A DNA stretch of 64,000 nucleotides from Acidimicrobiia bacterium UBA4744 (GTDB lineage Bacteria; Actinomycetota; Acidimicrobiia; Spongiisociales; UBA4744). The position numbers and the translations under genes are program-made. Positions 1 to 8,799 of the stretch are shown one piece after another. The notes under the pieces are model-generated. The model ran no database searches, was not told where the DNA came from, and was given only the letters and a program-made list of their open reading frames with translations. The DNA lies in contig DHIO01000026.1 in assembly GCA_002403855.1 (NCBI GenBank), forward strand, positions 183,627-247,626. The letters are read 5' to 3'. How positions within the stretch are numbered: the first letter of the stretch is position 1; every line of letters starts with the position of its first letter.

Positions 1-1
1 C

Positions 2-184
2 GGCAGCCGAGATTCGGCCGTCCTCGACCTGAACAAGGCTGCCTCAGAACAACTGTCGGGCCCCGGCGAGGTTTCGATCGTCCCGGGTGCCGGGCACCTC
101 TTCGAAGAGCCCGGGGCCCTCGAGGAGGTGGCCGAGCGGGCGGTCGAGTGGTTCACCAGGTGGCTGCCAAACCCAGGCAGGTAA
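2..184 (+). CDS. alpha/beta hydrolase (dienelactone-hydrolase-like), C-terminal fragment; 5' end lies outside the window
   Basis: The frame is open from the window edge to TAA at 182-184. The translation ...EVSIVPGAGHLFEEPGALEEVAERAVEWFTRWL has the C-terminal G-x-G-H catalytic-His segment typical of DLH/alpha-beta hydrolases. Confidence 0.5.
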   Translation, partial: GSRDSAVLDLNKAASEQLSGPGEVSIVPGAGHLFEEPGALEEVAERAVEWFTRWLPNPGR

Positions 185-423
185 CTATCGACGCAAAGAA
201 GCACCCCGACTGACGTTTCTAGCATCGGATTCCGCCGCCGGTCTCCGCGCCACTGCCGATCGGGGTGTTTCCTTGGCTGCATGACTACCAGGGCGACATG
301 GGCATCCGGTAGGGCCGAAAGACCCTACAGCGCTTCCTCGGTCCGCAGCCGGGTTCCGGGATCGGCTCCAAGACCGGCGAGAAGCCCGACGCGAGGATTG
401 ACGTCGAGACCAGCCCGCTGGGC

Positions 424-2070
424 TCAGATTGGTTCCGCCGGCTCGCTGTCGATGAGGTGCTCGATGGTGCGAAGCAACTGGGGAACCTGGAAGGGTTTGG
501 TGATGAGACCGTCCATCTCGGCTTCGGCCAGGTTGTCGTCTAGCTCGGAAACGGTATCGGCGCTCATGGCGATGATGGGGACACGCTCGCCAATCTCTTC
601 GACGCCACGAATGGCCGCGGCGGTCTCGAACCCGCCCATGCCCGGCATCCACAAGTCGAGCAACACGATGTCGAAGCGATGGCTTCGCACGCTCTCGATC
701 GCCTCAGGTCCGCCGGCTGCAGCCGATACGTGATGGCCGCGCCGCTCCAGCAACCGTCTTGCGACCATACGATGCGTGGGACTGTCGTCCACTACCAAGA
801 TGTTCAAATGCCGACGCCGCTCCCGCAACCAATGCTTGGTCACCAGAACAGTCAGGTCGAGCGGCGAGGGGCCACCGATCACCGCTTCGATTGCCAGCCG
901 GACGTCGTCGGGCGGGATCGGTTTGGTCAGGTATCCGGCAACATTCAGATCGCGACAGGTTGCCGCATCTCCGCGTTGTCCGATCGCGGTGAGGACAATC
1001 ACGTGCATGGCAGCCAGGTTGTCGTCTTCTCTCAATGACCGTGCGAACTCCAAACCGTCGCCGCCGAGATCACAGACGGTCAGCGCAAAGGGCCGGTCCG
1101 CCGTCCGGGCATCCGTGAGAGCAGTCGCCGCTTCGCTCGGACCGGCGGCTGCGGTCGGCTGCATCCCGGACGAGCTGAGAACGCTCAGCAGTTTGCTTTG
1201 ATTGACCTCATTGTCGGCCACCACGAGTATTGGTAGCCCCTCGAGATCCGATCGCCCCTTCAGTGGAGCCGACACCATCTCCTCCGTGGCGAGGACCAAA
1301 GGGACGGTGACGTGAAACGTGCTCCCGTGGCCGAGTTCGCTTTCCGCCCAGATTTCGCCCCCCATGATCTTCACGAGCTGGCGGGAAATGGACAGACCCA
1401 GGCCGGTTCCCAGTTCCCGGCGGCCGTTGGGGTTCCCCACTTGTTCGTATGCTTCGAAGATCGACTCGAGCTTGTCGGGTGGGATCCCTGACCCGGTGTC
1501 GGCTACCTGCACGTGGACCACGGCTACGGTTGACTCCGGTTGCCGGGCACTCACTCCAACCGTGACGGCGCCTTCTTCGGTGAACTTCACGGCATTGCCG
1601 ATCAGGTTGATGACGATCTGGCGCAGCCGACCGGGGTCCGCCACGACCAGATTTGGCACATCGTCCTGAAGGCTCAAATCGAGACCGATGCCTTTTTCCT
1701 CGGCGGCCACAACCATCGATGTGACCGCGTCGCGCAGATTGTCGCGGAGATTGAAGGGGATCGCCTCCACCGTGAGATGACCGGCCTCGATCTTCGACAA
1801 GTCGAGCAAATCGTTGACCAGCGTGAGGAGAGCGTCGGCGGACGTGTTGACCACCTCGACATATTCCCGCTGTTGAGGAGTGAGTTTGGTCTCCAGGGTC
1901 ACTTGAGCCATCCCGAGAATGCCGGCAAGCTGCGTCCGCATCTCATGACTGACCTCGGCCAGGAATCGAGATTTGGCGTGACTGGCCTCTTCGGCGGCCT
2001 CGACGGCCGACCTGAGCGCGTTTTCTGTTTCCTCCCGATGCGATCTACTGGTCTCGTCGAGCATATCCAC
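424..2070 (-). CDS. soluble hybrid sensor histidine kinase (HisKA-HATPase plus two receiver-like domains, no input domain)
   Basis: H-box SRFLAEVSHEMRTQL. HATPase boxes NLIGNAVKFT, DTGSGI, GTGLGLSI. First receiver-like domain is ILVVADNE...CDLGGDG...YLTKP and the second canonical receiver is ILVVDDSPTHR...LLDLWMPGMGG...ITKP. No TM or PAS/GAF lies before the H-box. Confidence 0.85.
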   Translation of the reverse strand: MDMLDETSRSHREETENALRSAVEAAEEASHAKSRFLAEVSHEMRTQLAGILGMAQVTLETKLTPQQREYVEVVNTSADALLTLVNDLLDLSKIEAGHLTVEAIPFNLRDNLRDAVTSMVVAAEEKGIGLDLSLQDDVPNLVVADPGRLRQIVINLIGNAVKFTEEGAVTVGVSARQPESTVAVVHVQVADTGSGIPPDKLESIFEAYEQVGNPNGRRELGTGLGLSISRQLVKIMGGEIWAESELGHGSTFHVTVPLVLATEEMVSAPLKGRSDLEGLPILVVADNEVNQSKLLSVLSSSGMQPTAAAGPSEAATALTDARTADRPFALTVCDLGGDGLEFARSLREDDNLAAMHVIVLTAIGQRGDAATCRDLNVAGYLTKPIPPDDVRLAIEAVIGGPSPLDLTVLVTKHWLRERRRHLNILVVDDSPTHRMVARRLLERRGHHVSAAAGGPEAIESVRSHRFDIVLLDLWMPGMGGFETAAAIRGVEEIGERVPIIAMSADTVSELDDNLAEAEMDGLITKPFQVPQLLRTIEHLIDSEPAEPI

Positions 2071-2192
2071 CGGTCCAGGCTGGCAAGAGCGTCACCCCAT
2101 GTAGTTCGATTCCGCTCGGAATCCTCTCTTGCGCGTATCGGCAACTCGAGAAGCCCGGTTTAGGAGAGAATCCCGATCCGTCCTCCGGGTCC

Positions 2193-3569
2193 TCAACCAT
2201 GGAGATCGTCTAGAGAGCCGAACTGGCTCTCGGCCGGTTCCGCTCAGCAGAACCACGGCTCAGTGAGCCGGGGACTCCTTTCGGCCACCGGAAGGAAGAA
2301 GTCCGATGAACCCATGATCTCGCCGGCGAGGACGGCGAACAACTCGCGGCCCTCCAGACCGTCGGCCACACCGGATTTGTGGAGTTCGGTCAGGCGAGCA
2401 TGCAGGGCATCCATGCGGGGGTCTGCTGCGTGCCATCGCCAGCCGAGTGATTCCTCGTCGTATGCGTCGAGATAGGGTACGAGCTCGGGCAGGTCGAGGA
2501 GCAGCGAGCCTCGGGGGATCAGGAGGCGGATCGTGAGCTGGACGGGATCGACGTTCCCGATGAGACGATGGTCGACGACGAACCTCACGAGGTCGCGAAG
2601 ATCGTCGAGGGATGTCCAAGGTGTGAAGGGCAGCCAGGTTGGTCGAATCTCTATGCTCTCTCCGCGCAGGAGCCGGACGGCGGCCTCCTCGTCGGCGCGG
2701 GTATGGCCCTTGTCGAGCAGGCGAAGGGTCTGGTCGTTCGTCGTCTCGAAGGCCGACACGACGAACAGCAACCCGGACGCCGCCAGCTCGGGCCACAACG
2801 CGGCGTGACGGATGATGAGTTCTACTTTGGTGGTGAGATCGAACGTCAGGTGAGGGTGCGCGGCGTGCATTGCCCGCACCACCCGCAGGGAGTGGGCGGG
2901 AGCGTTGAAGAAGTCTGCATCGCCGAACGTCACATGACTGGCACCTAGTTCGACCAATTGACCGATATCCGCAAGAACGCTGGCTTCGTCGACGACGCGG
3001 ATCCTCCCTTCGTAGACGACCGGGATCGGGCAGTGACGACATCGATGCCGGCACCCGTGACTGGCCTCTACGTTTCCCACCTTGCGGCGCTCGTCACCTA
3101 CTTGAAGATGTGCATACCTCTCAAGTGGCGGCAGGCTCGTTCGAGAAGGTACATGGAACTTCGTCTTGCCCAGCTCGACCAGCCGGGAGCCACGCGGGCG
3201 ACGTCCCCGGCGGATTTCATCAGCCCAGCGAAGGAGACCGGGCTCGTATTCCCCCGAAACGGCATGATCGAATGGCGACTCGCCGCTATCAAGGCCAAAC
3301 CCGGCATACAGGCCGTAGGCACAAACCGGCAGGCGAGGATAGGCGGCCTTCACCATTCGGGCGGCCCGTGTAGCCAGCCTCATCGCCGTATGCATCGGGA
3401 CTGAGAAGGCCAGCCCGTCCGACCACTCGAGGTCCTCACGGTCGAACCGTTTCACGGACAGATCGACGGTCCGGACTTGATGACCGGCACCACTCAATGC
3501 CGCCGCCGGAGAGGCCAGGTGCAGCGGCTGATGGCCGAGCTCGTAGGTAGACGCGAGGAGAACCTTCAT
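2193..3569 (-). CDS. B12-binding-like/radical SAM protein, probable selenoprotein (C-U-A-E-P tail; in-frame UGA at 2244-2246 read as Sec)
   Basis: CRHRCRHC is the CxxxCxxC radical SAM cluster motif. The N-terminus MKVLLASTYELGHQP looks like a B12-binding-type Rossmann start. The six-frame ORF stops at UGA 2244-2246 after ...EPWFC. Read-through gives U-AEP-AESQFGSLDDLHG, then UGA at 2193-2195. A hairpin lies 12 nt downstream of the first UGA. Confidence 0.8.
2213..2231 (-). promoter_or_regulatory. putative bacterial SECIS hairpin downstream of the in-frame UGA
   Basis: The minus-strand mRNA forms a perfect 7-bp stem GAGAGCC/GGCUCUC with the 5-nt loop AGUUC. The stem begins 12 nt after UGA (2244-2246). 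The apical loop contains G and U, as in bacterial SECIS models. Confidence 0.5.
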
Positions 3570-3719
3570 CGAGTCGATAGGGTACGGTACTCGACCGTCT
3601 TAGGCGCGGTGCTGCAGCTGGGAATAGCCGCACTGCAACGCTATGTTGGTTCACGAGCCCGCGGCCGGATGTCGGTTTGTTGATCCGGCAGGCACTCTCA
3701 GGGCACAACGGAGCAGCTG

Positions 3720-3944
3720 ATGGCCAAAGAGAAGGATGTCATCCGAGTACAGGGGGTCGTACGCGAGACCCTCCCGTCCGCCATGTTCAGAGTAGAAATC
3801 GACGGTGGGCATGAGGTACTGGCTCGCGCCTCGGGCAAGATGCGGCGCGGCCGCTACATTCGTATCCTCCCCGGGGATCGGGTGGATCTCGAGATGTCCG
3901 CTTACGATCCAACCCGGGGCAGGATCGTCTGGCGCTATCGCTGA
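3720..3944 (+). CDS. infA: translation initiation factor IF-1
   Basis: 74 aa with an S1-like fold. [26 protein letters not shown]...[15 protein letters not shown]...[13 protein letters not shown] aligns along its whole length to bacterial IF-1. GGAG lies 6 nt upstream of the ATG. Confidence 0.93.
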   Translation: MAKEKDVIRVQGVVRETLPSAMFRVEIDGGHEVLARASGKMRRGRYIRILPGDRVDLEMSAYDPTRGRIVWRYR

Positions 3945-3950
3945 CCTTCG

Positions 3951-4415
3951 TTGGATCCGGCCACGATTCTCTTTGTTTGCACTGGGAACATCTGCCGGTC
4001 TCCGCTGGCAGAAGTCGCCGCTCTCAGTGCTTTGACCGCTCATTTCCAGGTACCGGAACTCGGCGTCGCGGGTCTGCGCGTCGCTAGTGCCGGAACCCAT
4101 GCAATCAGGGACCGGCCGCCAACGCCCGAAATGCAGGCGGTTGCAGCCGAGGTGGGACTCGACCTCTCCAAACATCGGGCAACCCAGGCGGAGCCGAGGG
4201 AGCTGGCCGGCGCCTCCTTGGTCTACGCGATGGAAGTGAACCAGGTCATCTGGCTTCGGTCGCAGCGACCCGACATGCCGGTGGAACTACTCGGCGAGGC
4301 GGACATCGACGATCCATACGGCTCCACCTTGGCGGAGTACCGACGAGCTCGCCAAGAGATCGTGGCCGCCGTTCAAGCTCGCCTGCCGGAGATGATCGCT
4401 CTTGCCGACCACTGA
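3951..4415 (+). CDS. low-molecular-weight protein tyrosine phosphatase family protein
   Basis: The N-terminal P-loop LFVCTGNICRSP (C-X5-R-S) and the DPYG general-acid loop are present. The size (154 aa) is typical. Confidence 0.85.
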   Translation: MDPATILFVCTGNICRSPLAEVAALSALTAHFQVPELGVAGLRVASAGTHAIRDRPPTPEMQAVAAEVGLDLSKHRATQAEPRELAGASLVYAMEVNQVIWLRSQRPDMPVELLGEADIDDPYGSTLAEYRRARQEIVAAVQARLPEMIALADH

Positions 4416-4507
4416 GCTCATTGGGAGGGGACCCGCTGGTCAGATTCACTGCCGAGCAAGCGGCCCGTGTACCTCACCGGCGTCCAGAGCGGTGCCGACC
4501 TTGGAGG

Positions 4508-5914
4508 TTACTTCCTCCATGTTCGATTGAGTTCGTTGCCGTACGGGATGGTGAACCAGAAGGTGCTCCCCGCGCCAGGCGGCGAATCGACACCGATCTC
4601 TCCTCCGTGGGCCTCCACCACTCTTCTCGTGATGGCCATCCCGAGACCGGTGCTATTTTCTCCGCCGGTCGGTTTGGCGGACAGGGTTGCGAAATACTCG
4701 AACAAAGCCCGCCGATCGGCCTCGGTGAGGCCGGGCCCCTCATCCTTCACTTCCACCTTCCACGAGTCCCTCCGGCATTGTTGACGCACCTCGATGGAGC
4801 TGCCGGCAGGTGAGAACTTGACGGCATTCGAGATGAGATTGTCCAGCACCTGGCGCAGCCGTATGGGATCTGCGTGCACTCGGCCATTGCTGTGAGACAT
4901 CAGCATCACGGCGGTTCCCTTCCGAGCGGCAAGGTTGGCGTGCCGGCGTACTGTGTCCTCGAGGAATTCGTCGACGCGAATGGTCTCTAGCTGCAGATCC
5001 AGCCGACCGGATTCGATCTTGGTCACATCGAGCAAGTCGTCGATCAGCTCCACCATGTAGCGCGCCTGACGGTTGATGTCGTGAAGGAATGCCCTCCTCT
5101 CTTCGAGGTTCAGCGAAGCCGATGGGTCTGCCAACAACTCGGCGGACATCCGAATGCTGGCAATCGGGTTGCGCAAATCGTGCGCAACCGTCCCGAGAAA
5201 CCGATTCTTGATCAGGTCGAGGCGGCGCAGCTCCTCGTTCTGATGTTCCGCTTCCTGCTTTTTGGCATCGAGCTCGGAAGCCATCCTCCCCTTCTCGACG
5301 ATGACCGAGAGCTGTGCGGCAATGCTCTGGAATACCGAGACGTGCTGTGAGTGGTATTGATGGGGACGAATGCTGGAGAAGAACATGAATCCGACGGCCT
5401 CTCCGTTGACGATCAGGGGGCACGTCAGCGACGACCTCAGGCCTTCCGCGACTATCAGGCGAGTCGACTCCGAGCCGGGCTTACCGGCGAGGTACGCCTC
5501 GAGATCGTTGATGATCCGAGGCTCCCCGGTCTCGAGAACGCCCTGCAGACTGCTGCCTTCCAGTTTGGCCTCGTAGCCCGCCCCCAGTTGCAGCTCTCCG
5601 AGATCCGATCGAGCCCAACGGGCGACCACGGACCGCCCGCCGGTGCCGATGAGAGAAAAGCCGATCCGGTTGTACGGAATAATGCCCCGGAAGCTGTCGA
5701 AGACGGTGTCCAGGATTTCGTCGAGAAGAAGACCCTGGTTTATCTCCGTCGTGATGCGGCCCAGATTCTCCGTTTCCAAGAGCCTCCGGTCGAGCGAATG
5801 GGCCAGGTCCTGGAGAGCGGCACCGAGGAGGTTGACCTGTTCGGGAAGCTCCGCGAATGAGGGCTCCTCGCCGCCGGGCGGCACAACTCCGGTGCTGGGG
5901 ATGATGGTGCTCAC
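4508..5914 (-). CDS. GAF domain-containing sensor histidine kinase
   Basis: About 200 aa of GAF-like N-terminus. H-box FLGTVAHDLRNPIASI. HATPase boxes NLISNAVKFS, DEGPGL, GLGMAI. Confidence 0.85.
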   Translation of the reverse strand: MSTIIPSTGVVPPGGEEPSFAELPEQVNLLGAALQDLAHSLDRRLLETENLGRITTEINQGLLLDEILDTVFDSFRGIIPYNRIGFSLIGTGGRSVVARWARSDLGELQLGAGYEAKLEGSSLQGVLETGEPRIINDLEAYLAGKPGSESTRLIVAEGLRSSLTCPLIVNGEAVGFMFFSSIRPHQYHSQHVSVFQSIAAQLSVIVEKGRMASELDAKKQEAEHQNEELRRLDLIKNRFLGTVAHDLRNPIASIRMSAELLADPSASLNLEERRAFLHDINRQARYMVELIDDLLDVTKIESGRLDLQLETIRVDEFLEDTVRRHANLAARKGTAVMLMSHSNGRVHADPIRLRQVLDNLISNAVKFSPAGSSIEVRQQCRRDSWKVEVKDEGPGLTEADRRALFEYFATLSAKPTGGENSTGLGMAITRRVVEAHGGEIGVDSPPGAGSTFWFTIPYGNELNRTWRK

Positions 5915-6111
5915 GTTCTGCGACTCCCTGGTACCGCTTGGTCGGAGAAGTATCGGTCGATGAGAACGCCGGACTTGAGCACCTCAGCGCCGCGCCGCCG
6001 CTGTGTCGCGACTGCGGCCTAGATCTCATCTCATCCTGCACCGGTCGGATACCCTTCCTCGAGCATGGCAAGCAGCCAAGAACTCCGTTCCGAGCAGCTA
6101 GCGTCCGGATT

Positions 6112-6873
6112 GTGATCGCCGATGTTGGTGGAGCAGCGAGAATCCTGAGACCCGCCGAAAAGATTCTTGTGTTCAGCGGGGCGGGTATCTCGACCGAATC
6201 CGGCATTCAAGACTTCCGAGGACCGGACGGCTTGTGGACCCGGATGGATCCAGAGGATTTCACGCTCGACCGCTACCTGCAGAACCAGGAAGTACGAATC
6301 CGTTCCTGGAGAATGCATCAAGAGGGGTTCTTCGGTGGAATGCTTCAGGCACGTCCCAATCGAGCTCACTATGCGGTAGTTCGCCTCTGGGAACGGGGAC
6401 GAATGGCGGGTTGCGTGACCCAGAACATCGACGGACTCCACCAAGCGGCCGGCCTGCCTGAGGATCAGGTGGCAGAACTCCACGGGAACCTGCGCCGGGT
6501 TCAGTGCACGGCCTGCCCGGCCTCCTGGGCGATCGAGGAAATCTTGGTGCGGCTCGAGGAAGGAGATCCTGATCCCACCTGCACGGACTGCGGCGCCGTC
6601 GTCAAGACTTCGACGGTTCTCTTCGGAGAATTGCTTCCCGAGCGCACCTTCAAACGGGCCGTCGACATGGCGGCGATCGCCGATGCCGTGTTGGCGATCG
6701 GCACAACCCTCACGGTCTACCCGGCCGCCGATCTCGTGCTGTCCGCCGTGAGAGAAGGCTCCGATCTGGTGATCGTCAACAGGGGAGCAACGTTGTTCGA
6801 CCAACTCGCCGCCGCCACCCTCGACCGGCCGGCAGGTGAGGCCCTACCCGACCTCGTCGACGCCATCACGTGA
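6112..6873 (+). CDS. NAD-dependent protein deacylase, Sir2 family
   Basis: GAGISTESGIQDFRGPDGLW NAD motif, QNIDGLH catalytic His, and zinc site CTAC...CTDC. The track ORF starts at TTG 5938, only 24 bp from the divergent kinase start. An in-frame GTG at 6112 gives a typical ~250 aa Sir2, so the start is uncertain. Confidence 0.85.
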   Translation: MIADVGGAARILRPAEKILVFSGAGISTESGIQDFRGPDGLWTRMDPEDFTLDRYLQNQEVRIRSWRMHQEGFFGGMLQARPNRAHYAVVRLWERGRMAGCVTQNIDGLHQAAGLPEDQVAELHGNLRRVQCTACPASWAIEEILVRLEEGDPDPTCTDCGAVVKTSTVLFGELLPERTFKRAVDMAAIADAVLAIGTTLTVYPAADLVLSAVREGSDLVIVNRGATLFDQLAAATLDRPAGEALPDLVDAIT

Positions 6874-6917
6874 CAGGGGGAGAGTAGGTTGAAGCCTTCC
6901 TGTTGGAAAGGCACATC

Positions 6918-7625
6918 ATGGCCGATCGCCCTTACCGAATTCCCGTGCTCCATGGAACCGTTCGCAAAGGCGCTCGAAGTGCCCGGGTCGCCCAGCTGGT
7001 GACAAACCGACTGGCCGCACAGCCAGATGCCGAAACGCGCCTGATCGACATAGAATCCCTCGGCCTCGTCGGGAACGATGAGGGGACCAGCATCAAGGAT
7101 CCTGAGTTCTCGAGATTGGTCGACCAAGCAGACGGGTTGGTGATCGTTGCTCCGGAATACAACCACGGCTATCCGGCTTCCCTCAAGCACGCGCTGGACA
7201 CCAACTACTCGGAATACGTGCACAAACCGGTAGGCCTGGTCGGGGTCTCGACCGGGGCTCTCGGCGGCGCCCGCATGATCGAGAACTTGCTCCCCGTTCT
7301 CAGGGCTGTCGGCCTCGTGCCGGTTCAGCGCGACGTGACGGTCGGCAACGTGGCCGATGCCTTCGATGGCGAAGGGAATCTCACTAATGAGGGCACCCTG
7401 GAGCGCATCGACGGAATGTTGAGGGAGCTCAGGTGGATGGCCGCCACGCTCCGCCGGGGGCGGGAAGCGATCCCGGCAGACCCCGGCCGCAAGCCGGCGA
7501 CGTGCCCCGGCTGCAGCTCACCCATGAACCAGCATGGCACGCTGATCGACGAAGAGGCGGGCGGAACGGTGGGTCGGGTGCATGCCTGCCCGTTGTGTGG
7601 GAGGAGCGAAGCGGAAACCGGGTGA
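6918..7625 (+). CDS. NADPH-dependent FMN reductase family protein with C-terminal CxxC...CxxC zinc-ribbon extension
   Basis: Flavodoxin-like motifs IPVLHGTVRKGARS and APEYNHGYPASLKHALD. ATG 6918 is preceded by GAAAGG at 6 nt. The C-terminal ~50 aa carry CPGC-x24-CPLC. Confidence 0.8.
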   Translation: MADRPYRIPVLHGTVRKGARSARVAQLVTNRLAAQPDAETRLIDIESLGLVGNDEGTSIKDPEFSRLVDQADGLVIVAPEYNHGYPASLKHALDTNYSEYVHKPVGLVGVSTGALGGARMIENLLPVLRAVGLVPVQRDVTVGNVADAFDGEGNLTNEGTLERIDGMLRELRWMAATLRRGREAIPADPGRKPATCPGCSSPMNQHGTLIDEEAGGTVGRVHACPLCGRSEAETG

Positions 7626-7627
7626 GG

Positions 7628-8254
7628 TCACCCGTGCAAAGGAGTGCCCCCACGCACGTGATGATCTAGCCCTTCAAAAGTCCGGACGAACTCGCCGAGT
7701 TGATCACGCGTGGGTTCGTCCAGCTCGTCGAAATAGAACACCCGGCCCCATGCAACGGCGGCAGCCCGGCGCGCGACACCATCGGGATCGACGATGTCCT
7801 GGTACGGCATCATCAACAGGTTTCGTCCCTGGAACTCCTCGAGCGACTGACGAAGGCCGTCGACCAGATCCGGACATGAACTCCCGCAGCTGTAGGTCAA
7901 GACCACACCTCCGTCCTCGAGATTGTGAACGAAGATCTCCGGCGGCAGTTGGATATCAGACTCGCCCCAGTTGGCCAACCCCCCGAGGTGAGGTCCCGAC
8001 GACGGCGGCCTGCTGTTGTAGGCAACATGCGGTTCGTCGATCGTGGCGAGGTGGTGGTTGCCCTGATCGGTAAAAGCCACACCCGGGGCCGGCGGCTGGA
8101 TGACAACTACGACGATGGCCGCGGCGACCAGTAACACCGAACCGGCGCCCAGCAAGATCGCTTTCCGTCGGTTGGCCGTCTTGGTGGCCGCAGCCTTGCG
8201 GGCTGCTTCTTCCACCCGACGTCGCTCTAGCGCTCTTCCCTTGGGGCGTGCCAT
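7628..8254 (-). CDS. DUF3105 domain-containing membrane-anchored protein
   Basis: A basic N-terminus plus one TM (ILLGAGSVLLVAAAIVVVVI). The motifs SSGPH and HNLEDGGVV are characteristic of DUF3105. Confidence 0.75.
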   Translation of the reverse strand: MARPKGRALERRRVEEAARKAAATKTANRRKAILLGAGSVLLVAAAIVVVVIQPPAPGVAFTDQGNHHLATIDEPHVAYNSRPPSSGPHLGGLANWGESDIQLPPEIFVHNLEDGGVVLTYSCGSSCPDLVDGLRQSLEEFQGRNLLMMPYQDIVDPDGVARRAAAVAWGRVFYFDELDEPTRDQLGEFVRTFEGLDHHVRGGTPLHG

Positions 8255-8359
8255 AGTCTTCCGGTGATACGTATCGAGTCGGCCGGCTCTCGGCCTTGAG
8301 ATATCCCCAACAAAAGGGCCCGCGCCTCTATTCCGACCTCAGGCCCCTGCGATTCTGCT

Positions 8360-8773
8360 TCAGGGGAGGATCTCCTTGGTATGGGTGATGTCTGCAACCG
8401 GGGACAACATCGCCGCGGCCGAGCAGAGTTTTGTTTCGCTGAGCCAGATGGCCCGCGCCAGGCGTCGCTCGTCGACCTCGCCCCAGACGCGGTAGTGCAA
8501 CGCTATGTCGGTCCAGATGCGGGGCGGTTTCTCGGATCGTTGACCGGCAACCTCAACCTGCAAGCCCTTGCAGGGCTGTCTCATCTTCTCGAGCAAGTCA
8601 ACGACATTGATCGCCGAGCAGGTTGCCAAGCCGACCAGCAGGAGTTGCATCGGACCGGGACCAGAAGCATCGGGGCCGGCACTCGAGCCCTCGACTCGAA
8701 TCGACTGACCGGCCGTCGTCGTCACGTCGAAGGCTTCACCGGCGATGTGAGTAGCAGTAAGGATCTTGTTCAT
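8360..8773 (-). CDS. OsmC/Ohr family peroxiredoxin-like protein
   Basis: Two conserved Cys contexts, GLATCSAI and SETKLCSA. Size is ~137 aa from ATG 8773. The longer track ORF runs into the upstream gene. Confidence 0.85.
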   Translation of the reverse strand: MNKILTATHIAGEAFDVTTTAGQSIRVEGSSAGPDASGPGPMQLLLVGLATCSAINVVDLLEKMRQPCKGLQVEVAGQRSEKPPRIWTDIALHYRVWGEVDERRLARAIWLSETKLCSAAAMLSPVADITHTKEILP

Positions 8774-8799
8774 GCCGCGAGTATGGCTTGCCGGTCCGC

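Noticed and set aside
309-328. The hairpin GTAGGG-N8-CCCTAC between convergent genes, considered as a terminator.
   Set aside because: It has only 6 bp, no U-tract on either strand and modest GC. There is not enough support to call it a terminator.
2104-2113. GTTCGATTCC, a tRNA T-loop-like decamer.
   Set aside because: The flanking bases (tgtag / ccgct) cannot form a T-arm, and no acceptor or anticodon stems can be drawn. It lies in the kinase/radical SAM intergenic region.
5938-6111. The TTG-initiated 5' extension of the Sir2 ORF.
   Set aside because: It would leave only 24 bp to the divergent kinase start. It has lower third-position GC and no Sir2 homology. GTG 6112 gives a normal-length Sir2. 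This is not fully excluded.
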